Below, piece by piece: positions 27,201-40,524 of a DNA stretch of 64,000 bases (position 1 is its first letter; each line of letters starts with the position of its first letter). The translations under genes and the position numbers were made by a program. Source of the DNA: Catajapyx aquilonaris (taxonomy: Eukaryota); NCBI GenBank assembly GCA_000934665.2, contig KZ538504.1:1-64000 (forward strand), given 5' to 3'. The notes under the pieces were generated by a model, which ran no database searches, had not been told where the DNA came from, and saw nothing but the letters and a program-made list of their open reading frames with translations.

Positions 27201-28965
27201 TAAAAGAGGCAATATCAACGTCAAATAACTTACCAAACCTAACCTTCGGTCATATGCCCGCAGAAAAATAAACAGTTCTCAGCAGTGGCGTTCAGATTAT
27301 CGCTCATCAGGTGGTGCACGGGACATCCATGTTCTCCATGACCCGAGCTCATGATTGAAACCCTTCCCCTTTAAAGCCTAAAAGTGCATTAACACCAAGA
27401 GCTGGATCATATACGTATCAGTGAAAATCTCGCGGACGATAGCAACTTTGGCTTGAGTTTCAATCTTTCAGACTGCTGCCACGTAGCAGAACTTTCAAAA
27501 GATACACAATAATGAATTGCATCAAAACAGTATTACACTGTAAACCCACATGTATAATAGAATAAAGGTGTAGAACCTTCTTATACTGTAAACACACTCA
27601 TAGCAAAGGACTACTGAGCATTATTATCTGGGCTTATTTTCACATGTGTCCCGAGCATCTATGCCTGTTCTTTTCTCTGACATGTACTGTACAGTACATC
27701 AACTTATTCCTAACCCATAATACGGAACACATTTGGAAACGAAATTTTTGAAATTTCTTGTCATATATGGTTTCATCGGTCTATATGTAGTTATGTTGCG
27801 TTAAATGCGCAAATTTTTTAACATTACAGCAGTACCGGTATATCATAGACAGAAAAAAAGGTGAAGACCAGCTAAGTATGAACCAATATTAATTGCAGGC
27901 CTAATGTTTAAAACCTTTAGAAGCAGGCTACTGTACACTTTAAATGCAAAACTGAACTTGTACTGTACAGTTGGGTAGGAAAATGTAGTGGCTCAGTGTA
28001 AACAGCCCGTATTCTCATGCACCGGAAGAAAGAAAGTATTTATGCTGAGGTGGGCCAACTCTGCGCCTGTGCTTATGCCTCCCGTGATACACAGGTGCAG
28101 TTGCATATAACCCAGGATAAGGCATCACCATCGGTTTTACAGGGTCAACAAATCCATGTGAACTGGAGCACTTAAGGAACAAAATTTTCTAGACCCTTTA
28201 CAAATATTGACGAAACATGACACACTTGAAGGCACTGTTTTTTCAACGCCCCTATATAGGGAGCGTATCGTAAGCGTCTTGGCTTCTAAACACTTACAAC
28301 TGCACTTTGCCGCGAATAGGACGAGAAAGAGAGAGCAATCACTCTCAGGACAGTAAGCACTTCATATTTGTCCATAATGTGGGTGAGATTTGGAAGCTCC
28401 TTTATCTCAATAGGCGAATGATCCCAGGCAGCGTTTAGGTGTGGTTGGTTCCCTGCACGCACTTTGCATAATTCATAGCCTTGGAATCGATAAGCGACAA
28501 AATGGTTGGTTCCTTTTGGCGGCCTTCACCTGCTTTCGGCCAGTACTCCTTTAGCATTTCCGGGCAAATATGCGAACATATATCGATATACCAGAGCGTC
28601 CAACAGTAATAGATGGGTGTACAGGATAATATTGGTAGCGTACACATACGCCCCATACAAAATCGACTGACCCAAGAGTTACGAACATGACTACATAAGT
28701 GACGGGCTTGTTCGTAAATTTATACACAAAACATTTTAATACAGCAGAACACTTATCAGCACATTGTTATTTACATCCAACTCAGACGCGACTAGCTCAA
28801 GCTGTAAACACAATCCCCTTATGCAACTGAAATAATTATTTTAGGAAGTTTATTGTTTCAGGAACTAATAAAAACACACAAACTCAAAGAAGGAAACATG
28901 CCTGCATCTTGTGGCACGAAACGGTATGCTAACAATGTATATTTTACAAAGTAGGCTATATATTG

Positions 28966-29185
28966 CAGTGGTTTCCAACCTTTTACAAACTACGACCCCC
29001 TAAACATGCTTCCATAAATGTGGGACCCCCCCCCCCNNNNNNNNNNNNNNNNNNNNNNNNNNNNNNNNNNNNNNNNNNNNNNNNNNNNNNNNNNNNNNNN
29101 NNNNNNNNNNNNNNNNNNNNNNNNNNNNNNNNNNNNNNNNNNNNNNNNNNNCCCCCCCCCCCCCCCGCCCCGTGGGAAACCACTG
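28966..29185. mobile_element. hAT (Charlie-like) MITE spanning an assembly gap
   Basis: TIR CAGTGGTTTCC / GGAAACCACTG with 8-bp TSD ATATATTG on both sides. Confidence 0.85.
29037..29151. other. Assembly gap (N run) flanked by poly-C
   Basis: Run of Ns. Smaller N runs at 3693-3699 and 63166 also abut G/C homopolymers. Confidence 0.97.
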
Positions 29186-29929
29186 ATATATTGGAACAAA
29201 AGTTGAATATGTGTAGACATCGTGAAAATGTTAGGACTATAGGTTCGGCGCCAACTATGGCTTACAGCAAGGAACGCGTTAACGCATATTCATCAACACC
29301 ATGAAAACATAAATAGAAATAAAGCTACCATCAAAATAATCTGCCGAATAGGTATACAGTACCCACTAGCTGCACAAATAGCTGGAATTGTCAACGAAAA
29401 TGGAGGCCCTAGCTATAGTGTAACCAACATGCTGAATGGTAACGGCACATGAGGGAGGAATGCTATTGAAACTAACTCCAGCTAAACAGGTGCAGATGGG
29501 CATATAATATCAACTTGTTCACAAATATGCTGCGCACCAAGTGGAATATACGAGCCAAATTAGTCCATATGAAGGTCCCACTCTGTTCACATATCCAGTG
29601 TGTCCTGCAAATTGGCGAACAAGGCCCCGCGTTCAAACCATAAACCAGCAGTTTTATTAACGCCGACTCGACATGCCGCTATAAATAGGCGCATTGTATT
29701 CTGTTGCACCGCGTAACACCTCACCAGTGTAAGCAGTCTCGGCACAAGAGGTCATAAAACGGTCCAAACAGAATCGATCCATCGAGTGTCAGCTGCCATG
29801 TGATATTCTCAAAATGGTCCGGGAACCTTCTTCCTTTTAAACCCCTCTGGTGAATGGAAAAGGCGGCTACACTGCCATAAAGAAGGAGCCGCAGGAAAAA
29901 GCAGTCAGCTGTGACGGAAATGGAACGCT

Positions 29930-30180
29930 TCTTCCAGCTGCTCTTGGAATCTCTACCATGATTTTCCAGCCACTTGCATCCCCCAAACACTCAAGCAGCC
30001 CCCACAATATATTATGCCATTTATAGCATTCTCGTAGGAAATATTATTTGAAAATATTTCCTACGAGAATGCTATAAATTGCATAATAAGTTATATTGTG
30101 TGGTCAGTTTGAGTGTTGGGCGGCTGCAAATGGCTGGAAACTCGTGGTGTTGCCAAACACTAAGTTCCTGCTGGAGGAAA
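29930..30180. repeat. Imperfect palindrome (probable old foldback MITE)
   Basis: Core ATTTATAGCATTCTCGTAGGAAATATT / AATATTTCCTACGAGAATGCTATAAAT; outer arms TTCCAGCCACTTGCA..AACACTCAA / TTGAGTGTT..TGCAAATGGCTGGAA. Confidence 0.8.
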
Positions 30181-33057
30181 TATACATCTCGTGAAAGTTG
30201 AGCCAAATTACGAATGGGTTTAATTCAGCTCCGATCGAAGCACACCACGACTTTCCGCTGTGGTGCTCACAGCTTCCGTTGCTGATATATACATGCCTAT
30301 ACAGTGTGTGTATATGCGCTGCTGATGAGCAGACGGCTTCCTTCATCTCCGTCGACATCAAAACTGCCTCGAGTCGTGACCTGTTGTTTGGATCTAGGTC
30401 ACCTTCAGTGTTGCTCCAGTGCGTACAGGATGGCACTTTCCAGTGTACCAGCAGGGTGAGTCAATCAGAGTATACACAATAACCTGCGAATCGATTTGCA
30501 AGCCCACCATGCGCCTCAACAACTGGATGTCGCTCGACTTCCATGTAATTGGGAGGTTTTGCAGTAATTATGACTGCCTCTGGTGCACAACATGGCGTAA
30601 TCAGGTGGCGGGCAGGCTGCTATTCAGGGTAGACACGACAAAAATGCCAGCAAACAAAATCAATATATGAAATCAGTGACGGCTACAGGACACGGATAGG
30701 CACATACCGGAAAATATATATGATGAGATAAATAGATATTTACGACACATTTCTCATGCCCAGTGTGCCCGACTTGATGACACAGCACGTAAAGCTCAGG
30801 TGTGACTTTACACTTGTGCCGGCTTAAAGGGGGTTTCTCCATTGCAAACGTCCTGCGCGGCTACCCTTTCGGGATACCACGTATTTACGGACAGGTTTGT
30901 GGCTCATAAATCCGTATTAATGCTCTCGTCCGTCTGCACCGCACATTCTCGCAGAAATAACCACCAATTATGAGCTGCTGACTAACAAGCCAATGACTGC
31001 AGGCTTTTCTGCGACTCATTTATGTGAATCGAGCTTGAGAACCTTGCAAACATCGAGGGGAGGAAAGGATCAGTTAGTGAGAGTACGAGTATAGCTTTCA
31101 GCTGTGAGAGACAGGCGATTGGTGGATCCCCCGGGGGGTTTCAAGCAAAGTTACACTATATATTTTCATTGTGCACCATATACACAGTATAGTAAAGTCC
31201 CTAGTGGTATTGATCCCAGGAGGGCCGGAGCCCCCACCCAGCCACTGCTTTTTTTTTTGTCTCTTCTAACATCCCGGTGCACACCCCTGGGGCCGTACCC
31301 ATTTTCTCCGCGCGCTTGACATTCATTTCCAATTCGGGATCACTCCCACACCAAGCACTTCTCATCGCGTCCAATATACTAAAGTGCTATTTTATTCCAA
31401 CCGAATCGACTGCGCAAATGGCTGCACTCGATCATCAGTTCAAACAATGAAATCGCAGATATTGCTAAGGGTGGGCATTTAGAGGGATATCAAACATATA
31501 GCTGCAATATTGGGGAGCAAATGGGGCTGAGGTTGGGTGGAGATTCTGACGCAGTGATATAAGGCACATGTGACAACAAAGACCCTGTGCCGTAGTAATG
31601 TCACATTTCTGATATCGCAAATTACGAAGTATAACTATTTGTTCACCATTTGGTTTTGTAAAGTACTGTACAGAGGATTTTTTTAAACAACAGAACCGAA
31701 CCTACTGAAAAGTAATCTTGCCAGCCTATAATTATGTGCACACAGACACGCGATGCCATACTTCCCGTTACGGGCAATGGCACTTGATGTGGAGGATTAT
31801 CGAGTGCTGATAGGTTCGGTCGGTTAATGAGAAAATAAAAATAGGCGCGGCTACAAAATATTGATATTCCTGTACAGCTGTAAGCAAAAATATGGGGACG
31901 GACCATCATTTCCAAAGGTCAAAATGTCAAAATAGAGATGTGTGCCTCCAAATCTACTGCACTGTATAGTAGCGTAAGTCAAGACTGTGAGGTCCGTTAC
32001 TGTATATTCCCGTTGGAACAAAGACACCACTGGCGAACTATCGTAGTTGGAGCTCCTGTCTCAATATTTATGCTCTATAGCTTCTGCGACCAATGAAGAC
32101 TTTCAGGGAAGGCCACTCTATAGCTAAATCCCGGTGCACTGCAGATAAGAATCATTTAACTTCTCATATTACAGACCAGTGATGACGCAGAGAGTACGTA
32201 AGATGATGCAAAATCAATGTTACTTGTCATTGATTGTGAGTGCGACCTAGAACGACTCCCATCCGGGCTACAGCAACGCACCTATTCATGAAAATATATG
32301 ACACGTTTTTTGCTTCTCCACTGATTGGTTCCAGAGGTCCTTTTAACATTGACGACTCAGTTGCACAAGACGTTGGAAGCCAATCAGTTTCCACGTCTGT
32401 TAGTAAGAACATGCGAGAAGTAATTTTCTGGCACATTCGGCGAGTCGGAGAACAGATGGATTAAGGCTTACGTCATCTGCTGCCATTGAAAGACTTGGTC
32501 CCACTAAATCAGCCCAGCATGTGACGAGCTTACGCGTCAAAAAAAATTCCCCCATATTATAAGGTCTAGCGCGCAATTCATATCGCATTTTATTATCCTG
32601 TCGGCTGCCACAAGAAAGCATCGTAAGACGTCAAGAGCTCTCAACCCTTTCCTTTACATTTTTTTGGAAAACAGGGTGAAGGTCTTTAGCCTCCCATAAC
32701 CCTCTCAGAGAAAGCAAGCACCCCGCTATGAACGTAGAGAAAAATTTCAACTGTTTGCTCGTTGATCACTGTCCTCCTAACGTTCGACAAATTGATTTCG
32801 GATCTGCCCTTCGGCGCAAGTCTTCTTCGAGAGCCTTTATCCAACAGGCATTCCAGACTTCTGGGTTATCGGACAGAATGCCAAGGACGTGGGAGATTAA
32901 ATGAGAGGGTTGCACGTATATAAAGGTATGGGTGTCCAGAATGCGTGGAGATGTCGCTGGGGGAGACAATGGATCAGGCAGCGATTACTTTAAGGCCCGG
33001 TTTCTCATATTTGTAACGTACAGTTAAGTTGATATAGCATTTAAACTGCTGGTCAGT

Positions 33058-33305
33058 TGGGGGTATGGTGGTCTAGTGGCTATACTACTGGCCTGCCAAG
33101 CGGGAGGTCCGGGGTTCAAGTCCCGTCCCCGTCATCTTCGCTTTCACCCGACATGTCCGGGCAGAATTGAACTCCCTTCTCTGCCCAGGGCCAAGAGAAA
33201 ATGTCTGGTATTTAAGAGGGTCAGAAATGACTAGAAACTAATTAACAGTGCCCTCCCTTGGGAGCCTCCCCTTTCCCCCTAAAAGGGCTCTATCACGTGG
33301 TATTA
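33058..33305 (+). mobile_element. tRNA-derived SINE, family E
   Basis: Head TGGTGGTCTAGTGGCTATACTACTGGCCTGCCAAGCGGGAGGTCCGGGGTTCAAGTCCC; homologous to 34483-34710; tail CCCCTAAA..TATCACGTGGTA. Confidence 0.75.
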
Positions 33306-34365
33306 CGGGGGAAAACCTGTTGGCCAACAGGGATAAACGTGACATATACGGTAACTAAGGAGCGTTATCACCTAAAGTAATCTATACTCCGAAAGTGGGC
33401 TGAACAACTCTGGGTACTGAGGAATTACTTTTGTCCTGAGGCACATTTGAGTCACTTCCTCACCGGCATGATCATCATTATGCGATATTCACGGTGGAAA
33501 TGATCGTTCATTCAAGAGCAGCCAAGAGGCAATTATAAGATTATTTGCATGTCCTACCCTTTTCTTCCCGTGCAGTGCCGGATCCGGCCGGATCTTGCGA
33601 CACTGAAATGCACTGATTTTGATGAAATTCTTCACTGTGGTTCAGTTATTTTCACTGACTCATTTTCAGCCAAACAACGGTCGCATTTCGTTCATGTTAC
33701 GAGTAATGTCAGTACTAACAAAATACACTTTTATCAGCCATTTGCCTCGTAATATTCAGTTACAATTACTACCAACTTTCACTATAATTCTTAGGCAATT
33801 ATCGGGCCCAAGCAATACCTGCAGGTGCATGCGGTGACTTGTAACATTTCCCCCTGAAATGACACTACAAATTACTAATTAATTAGAATTGACCTGTTAT
33901 CATGGACTTAGCCGTGTTCAGTCTGACCCATATTTTTACAATAGCAAGAATAATATTCCATGCGTTTCGCTCCCTGTCCTCTATGAAAATAGGTACCTAT
34001 AGATTTGTGTATGTCCCACCTCCGAATAAATTCGGCCAATTCACACACACACATTTGCTGATACCTGCGGGTTTTACGATGAGGCAGGCAAAATACAACT
34101 TGCAAACTTGCATAGACTTCGGGCTGTCTACACGTATTCCTCCCAAATCAGACTCTTTCACTGACACATCCACGTATGCCATTTGTTAATTATTCTTGTA
34201 CAGTGTTATGATGCTAAAATAATCATTATTCGCAGGTCAAAAGTTTATTCTGATCCCCTACTTTTCTGTGAAAAAAATAGACTCGCGGGCAGCACACGAG
34301 AATCAGGATATACAGGTCGCGTTAATTTAACTGGGCCATGTTATGTTGTAATTTTATCTTCTTAT

Positions 34366-34482
34366 AGGGGGTGGATTCATCAAATGTCGTAAGTCAAATT
34401 TTCGTCGTAACCGGTCGTAACCATAGTTAGTTAATTAATGTAACTATGGTTACGACCGGTTACGACGAAAATTTGACTACAC
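34366..34482. mobile_element. Palindromic MITE fragment (Harbinger-like left end)
   Basis: Perfect 38-bp arms 34392-34429 / 34441-34478 with an 11-nt loop, preceded by GGGGGTGGATTCATCAAA. The right end abuts a SINE. Confidence 0.6.
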
Positions 34483-34710
34483 GATGGTCACAGTGGTTAT
34501 GCCACTGACCAGTCAAGCGGGAGGTCCGGGGTTTTAATCCCTGCCCTAAAACCTTTGCTTGGTCGGATCTTTTCCGCTTTTCTACCGACGTGTCCGGTCT
34601 TCCGTATTACGCTCCTTATCTGTCTATGATCAGAGGTCTCATGGGATGGTCAGAGATGATACGGGAACTAATGACAAGTGCCTCCCTCGAGAATCTTTCC
34701 CCTCGCCAAA
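34483..34710 (+). mobile_element. SINE family E (diverged copy)
   Basis: TGGTCACAGTGGTTATGCCACTGACCAGTCAAGCGGGAGGTCCGGGGTT; body similar to the 33058 copy. Confidence 0.7.
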
Positions 34711-34785
34711 TACTGTATGACCAAGACATTTGTAAGTCATGAATGTTAGGTATTCGTGTGCCAGATATTACATATAAAAAGGTTA

Positions 34786-34786
<1 letters not shown>

Positions 34787-34818
<32 letters not shown>

Positions 34819-34819
34819 G

Positions 34820-34879
<60 letters not shown>
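34787..34879. repeat. (CAT)n-(ATT)n compound microsatellite
   Basis: Direct observation. Confidence 0.95.
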
Positions 34880-35579
34880 TCCAAAGTGGGTTAAACTTCT
34901 AATTTAAAAATATTCGCGGGTATAGGTCCATATAGCGCGCAACTCACTTTCGCATGCAGTGCGTTCATTTCTATAGCATCAAAGTTAGCTGTATCATACA
35001 GTATACACACACCAGATACATGGAACATATACAGTACATACCAAAGAGCGTGTACTTAAAAAAAAAAAAAACAAATGCGGCTATAGCATGGCCTGAATGC
35101 AATATGAGCTCTCACTGGAAAAGCCAACACTTCTCCACTACCACAGTATAACCATATCCAGGTCCACCTGGCTCGACACCTGATATTGCCTGCAATTACT
35201 CGTCTGTCCGCCGCGCCGGCAGGAAGCCGACCAGTTAAAATTGGGTCGCAAATGGACTACATAATGGAATAGGGGACTAACCACGTTACGGGTAATCACT
35301 CCAGTTAGAAGGTTTTCCGCCTTTCGCTGACAAACTCATCCAGTTATGGTTGCTAAGAGAGACTGACCAGAGCACTTCCCGTTTAAATGCCCGCAATTCG
35401 GCCTGCACTATTCTACATAAAAAAGTCCAACTGTGTGACTTCCCAGGTGTGCAACCGAGTCACGCACGACTATTAATCCAGCGCTATAAGGATCTTATTA
35501 GCGCACACACTTCCACAACTCAGTTGGAAAAATTGGTATTCCTCTGACAGTACATATTTTACCACAACATTAATAATAA

Positions 35580-35745
35580 TAAAGTTGAATCCGGCTATAA
35601 CAGACTTTCGGTTATAACAGACTCGAAAGGCCGGTCCCGGCATACTTCCATATAATTATGGCCTGTGTATTTGGCTATAACAGACCTTGGTTATAACAGA
35701 TTTTTGTGGTCCCTTGAAGTCCTGTTACATCCGGATTCAAATGTA
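35580..35745. mobile_element. pogo-like MITE followed by (AAT)n to ~35833
   Basis: Ends AGTTGAATCCGG / CCGGATTCAAATGTA with repeated TATAACAGA motifs; same family as 61810-61980. Confidence 0.75.
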
Positions 35746-35762
35746 ATAATAATAATAATAAC

Positions 35763-35834
<72 letters not shown>

Positions 35835-37698
35835 CCACGCGGATTACAAGAACTGTAAACAGTTAAGAGCAAAAAAAAAAGCACAACTTCAAAATTGTGG
35901 CCTCCTTTAAATCTATCCAGTAATAGCACGTGTACCGTATAGCTTAAATTACTCACTGTCTAGTTAATGATGATGAGTTAGTGCATTTTTCATGGAGTTA
36001 CGCATCGATCAAGGTCAATTTTCGGTTGGCCTCTCATAAGGTAGAGTAAACTTCTGGAATTATGAAATTACCTCGTGGTTCATTTGCAGCCCAAAACGGT
36101 TGATTTACTGGCACATAATTTAAAATAGAAAGAGGGAGTCTATTGGGCGACTGAAAATTATTGTCCAACTTAATAGGCTTCATGCCAAACCCAACACTAA
36201 CTGATAATACTTTTTAAAATCGTACTTCAGCACTAGCGGTATTACACGCGCAATGATTTGCCTGACTCAGCATATAGAACAGTTGTAAATCGATAATTTT
36301 GCAAGAAAAATAGAGCTACTGTACATAGCCTACAACCTGTTTTGGGAGCCGGGGTAAAATTATATTGGAATATTCATGAACCTATCCCGCCTGATAAGAC
36401 CAGACTCTATATGCGATTATTAGACTATTGTTTTCACTTCACTTTTTTTTTCTTCGAATGTAGGACCTGTGATCTACATCGCAGGGTTTTCATCATATCA
36501 TTTCTTCCCTGCCGCTTATATACATGCCCATATTTCCTTTTATGTTGTCGGAAGGATAAAATAATCCTCAGTGGCCGTTTCCACCTGTCGTAAACGAGAA
36601 TCCATAACACCGCCATTCGTTTTTTATTAGCCCTTCCTGCTTCCAGAACGGACATTGATATGATATACGAAGAGCGTTATCTCGCAGGAACCCACGTACT
36701 AGCCCATGGGATTTGTCTTGCAATTCCACCACAAAGCGAGATTTCCCCAACCATATACGTACTTCGGCGGTATATTGACGGAGATCTCACGTGCAAATGT
36801 CTCGAGATATACAGCGTGACCCACATTCACCAAGTCCTTCACCTGTAGTTTACGATAAAGTCCCGCGCCTGCACTTTCTTAAAAACAAAGTTGTGGTATA
36901 AGCTGAGACAAAAGTACTTCCTCGGCGTATATACCACACGAGAGACGAACACGGTTTCAATTTGCAAACAAGCAAATAATGCAAGTTGGTACAAAAGGGT
37001 TTGGAGTTACAAGGAGCAAAGGTCGGAGGTAGCTTCTATTGATCGAGAATATTGCTTGTTAGCCTTATTACAGTGCAGTGCACAAGTGGAATGATTTATT
37101 AATATATTTATTAAACTATTGGGTGGAATTTTAGCACAGTACGCTACCAGCTTAGTAGTGAGAAGAGGCACATATTATTGCCTACAGATGGTTAAATTAT
37201 TCGCAGTCACTGACGTGAGTGCAACAAACGTGACTGTATAATAATTGAAAAAAGGGTCATTGCACGATATGGACATCTATAGGGTAGCACTCTGGCAAGG
37301 GAAATGTCATGTGATATGCGAGACCTGGCTACAAGGTGAAATGCTCGCAACATATGCATAAGAAGTTATTTGAATATGTCCCGACAACCCTTCATTGTAC
37401 GTAATTTTGCATATGGCCAAGATCGCAGTGCAATCAAAAATAAAATCAACGACTGTCATACAAGTATTGAGCGACTATCATTCGGGTGCTATAACACTTC
37501 TGAATCAGAATATGTTACAACACAACACTTTAAGCGGTTTCAATTAAATTTACATCTGGATAGCTACTTTACACGCGGATCATTCATGACACTTGACTGC
37601 ATCTCCTCTCTGTGCAAGTTATACTATTATCGAGCACATAAAGAGCTGCGCAGAGCGTTTTAAAATGCAATGGGTTAATACAAGGCTCTTCCTTCAGA

Positions 37699-38335
37699 AT
37701 GTCAAGCAGCGGCGGCGGCGTCGGCGACAACCCCGAGCCTCAGGACAAGGCCCCGTCGTCGTCGTCGTCGCCTCCGCCGAGAAGCATGCCCTCTAGTTCG
37801 CCAACAGCCAGCAGCACCTCCAGCAGTAACACCCGTAGCAACACCACCAGATCCTCCCCCTCTTCGGGATCATCGACCACTTCGACCTCCAGTACCACAT
37901 CATCTTCTCCGACACCAAGTACGACAATGGACCCCGCAGAAGTCCAGCGAGACTACTACCGAACCTACGACGTCATGATAGGCGTCCGGATAGCTGCCAC
38001 TCTGGGTGGTTTCTTCACCCTGGTGGTAGTCATCCTTCTGTACAAGAGCAAGTGCAAGCCCAGCAAGCAGTACAACAACACAGCGCAGCAGAGCAACGAG
38101 CACCTAAACGACGACGCTATCGTTATCGACGACGCCGGACTCCTCCTACAACAGCAGCATTCGCCGTTCACGGTGCTGCCCTCACTGTTGTATGATCGCG
38201 GACTTAACTTCGACGGACTAGTGCCTCCTATACCGCAGTCAGGGTACCCCATCAGGCTCTCCAATGCTTCCCTATGTCCCGGAATGGTCAACGTTATTGC
38301 CCAGCCACAAACGTCTCCGGGAGGAATAAGCAACA
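37699..38335 (+). CDS. Uncharacterised single-pass membrane protein, coding exon 1 (Ser/Thr-rich N-terminus and TM)
   Basis: Acceptor CTTCCTTCAG immediately before A-ATG; GC-rich 212-codon frame; TM IGVRIAATLGGFFTLVVVILLY followed by KSKCK; phase-1 donor A|GTAAGT at 38336. Confidence 0.85.
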
Positions 38336-39703
38336 GTAAGTAACATCTATTGACAGATATCAACACTGTTTTCGGAAAGACTTCACTATCAGTCATTGAT
38401 GGCCCACATTTATGATGCCATAATCCGAATACAATCGATTTCATATCAGCGTTATTAGTTCTCACCTCACTCAAATGGTTAGACTGCGTCATACGTAACC
38501 AAAGCAACATATCAGTACGGATTTTTAAAAAGAGGTCAGAAATATTCGCCACCATTTCATATGGCGAAAACGTCACTGCTGTGCACTTCGGATGGCGGTA
38601 CATATCCCGAAAATGAAGACAGAATCGAAAACACTATTTTAAAACGCAATCACAATAAAGGGGCACCATACTGATGTATACAAGAAATGGTTGCACAAAA
38701 GAATTTTCAATGTACTGTACATGATATGCATAATTAGCAGCCAGGTTATTAATATATCATTAGATGATGGGGGAGAGGTAGCTTAAAGTACAGTATAAAG
38801 AATTTTTCATTCGCGCTTCCTTTTGCTAATAATAAATTATAATTTAATTTCAAGTAGTCTCTCGTCAGCATCTGAGCTAGCGCATTAACTACTTGGAATT
38901 CCGCATTTGCTCATATATTCTGCAGTCTGCCTCATATCAGGCATTTTTAGGTGCTCCAAATTACTTCGCGTCGGTTACGTTGACACACTTTGGCGTATCT
39001 GTTGGAATGAATGAGCACTTCTGTTTTGATTACAAAATGTCGAGGAGTATTAGACATCCGTAAAAAAGTCATAATTTGTTTGACAGTTTCAACCTGTAAG
39101 CCTATGTATAGTGGCTATCATCTGGAAAAAGGATTTCGCTTGATAATGCATGAATCAGTGTGACGTACTTTCCACCAGCAGGTGTACGTATAGGCTACAT
39201 TCCATTAGCAACTGTACATCACCTGAATTAATATTCCAGGAAAATATCAAGCAAAATATATTTTGCTCACTCCTACCAGCAGGGAAGTTTGATGGGAGAT
39301 CAATAAGTTTCAGACTGAATATATTTCCGAGTACATGAGTTACTAGACTTCATGACTTTTCCAATGCAATGGTATCTCCTCATAGTTGCAGCGATTCCCC
39401 AAGTTTAAATTCCAGTCAAAATATAAGTCTCCTCCCGCCCAGCACCCTCTGGTCCCTTTCCTTGAGTGTGCAACAAGTCGATATGAACGCAGATGTCCGC
39501 ATATGGCTCAACGAGACTGCCAAATAATATAAGGCCTACCTAAAGGGAAGCGACTTGCAGCTTTTGTTCTTTTTATACCGGTTTAAGATTGCGATATTTA
39601 ATGATAAAAGTGAACAATATTGGCCGGATCATGACAGCTTTACTGACGACACCAACACAGATACCCTGGATCATCCGTTATTGAAATTCATCTTCCTTCA
39701 CAG

Positions 39704-40524
39704 GGTCATCTATATCAGTTCCACGGCCGACATGGCTAGGTGACACTCCATCACCTTTAGCCCTACCTTCCCAAGTGTCGTGGACCGCGTCGAGTGGACG
39801 TCGCCGTACTAGTGCCGACTGTCACCTCGTTACCGGCAGGGTACGCGACCAGTATGGCAAAAGACGCTCCTTACACGTTCCAGTGATGTCCACTGACATT
39901 AGTCGAACACGCAGCCGCCACGGAACCATCGGTATAGGAGTCATCGGTGTTGAAGAGGATGACCTGGACGAAGCCGCGTCCTGGAGGCGTCGCGCCGAAG
40001 CCACGCACGAGTGGGTGCGGCATATTGACATTAACGTCATCCAGCCGACACCAAACGTGTCGCCATGTGGTAGTGTACATACCCTCGCCAACTCGACGCC
40101 TTCGCCTGCCAGAGCCGGCGGACCCATGTTAAGTCCATTGTCGGCGGCGGCCATGACACCTCGACGACGCCTCTCTCTCGCGTCCTCCACTTCTTCGGGC
40201 ACCAACGCCCAGCTTTCCAACAACCTCTCTTCGTCCTCCGATGCAGACTTGCCCTCCATGGGGTCAGACTCGGTTTTCATGTACGACGAAGAGGTGCCGC
40301 CGATGTCGCCGACTATGAAGAAGCATGAACTGAATGGCCCCGGAGACTTCTTGAGGCTCCCAGGCGTCTCCAAGGAATTTAGCCGTTCTTGCGAAAGACT
40401 GGCCAAAGCTGTCGATAACCAGGGTGACAACGGGTCAACCACGCTAAGCATACCACTTCCGGTGAGGTCAGGGTCACTGGGTCATTGGGAGCAGCCGGTA
40501 GTTACAGGAGAGACTCCTTTTTAG
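39704..40524 (+). CDS. Uncharacterised single-pass membrane protein, coding exon 2 (disordered cytoplasmic tail and stop)
   Basis: Acceptor TCTTCCTTCACAG; the phase-1 join reads RSSISVPRPTWLGDTPSPLALPSQVSW.., in frame with ORF 39775-40524, ending GETPF*. Confidence 0.85.

Noticed and set aside
33058..33130. tRNA gene (Gly/Asp-like); also the other tRNA-like heads at 6406, 15234 and 57366
   Set aside because: The A/B boxes run into shared repeat bodies and tails with TSDs, so these are SINE heads. I see no clean cloverleaf followed by a poly-T terminator.
37965..38603. 212-aa minus-strand ORF (and 39822-40451)
   Set aside because: Antisense shadows of the GC-rich + strand coding exons, with no domain features.
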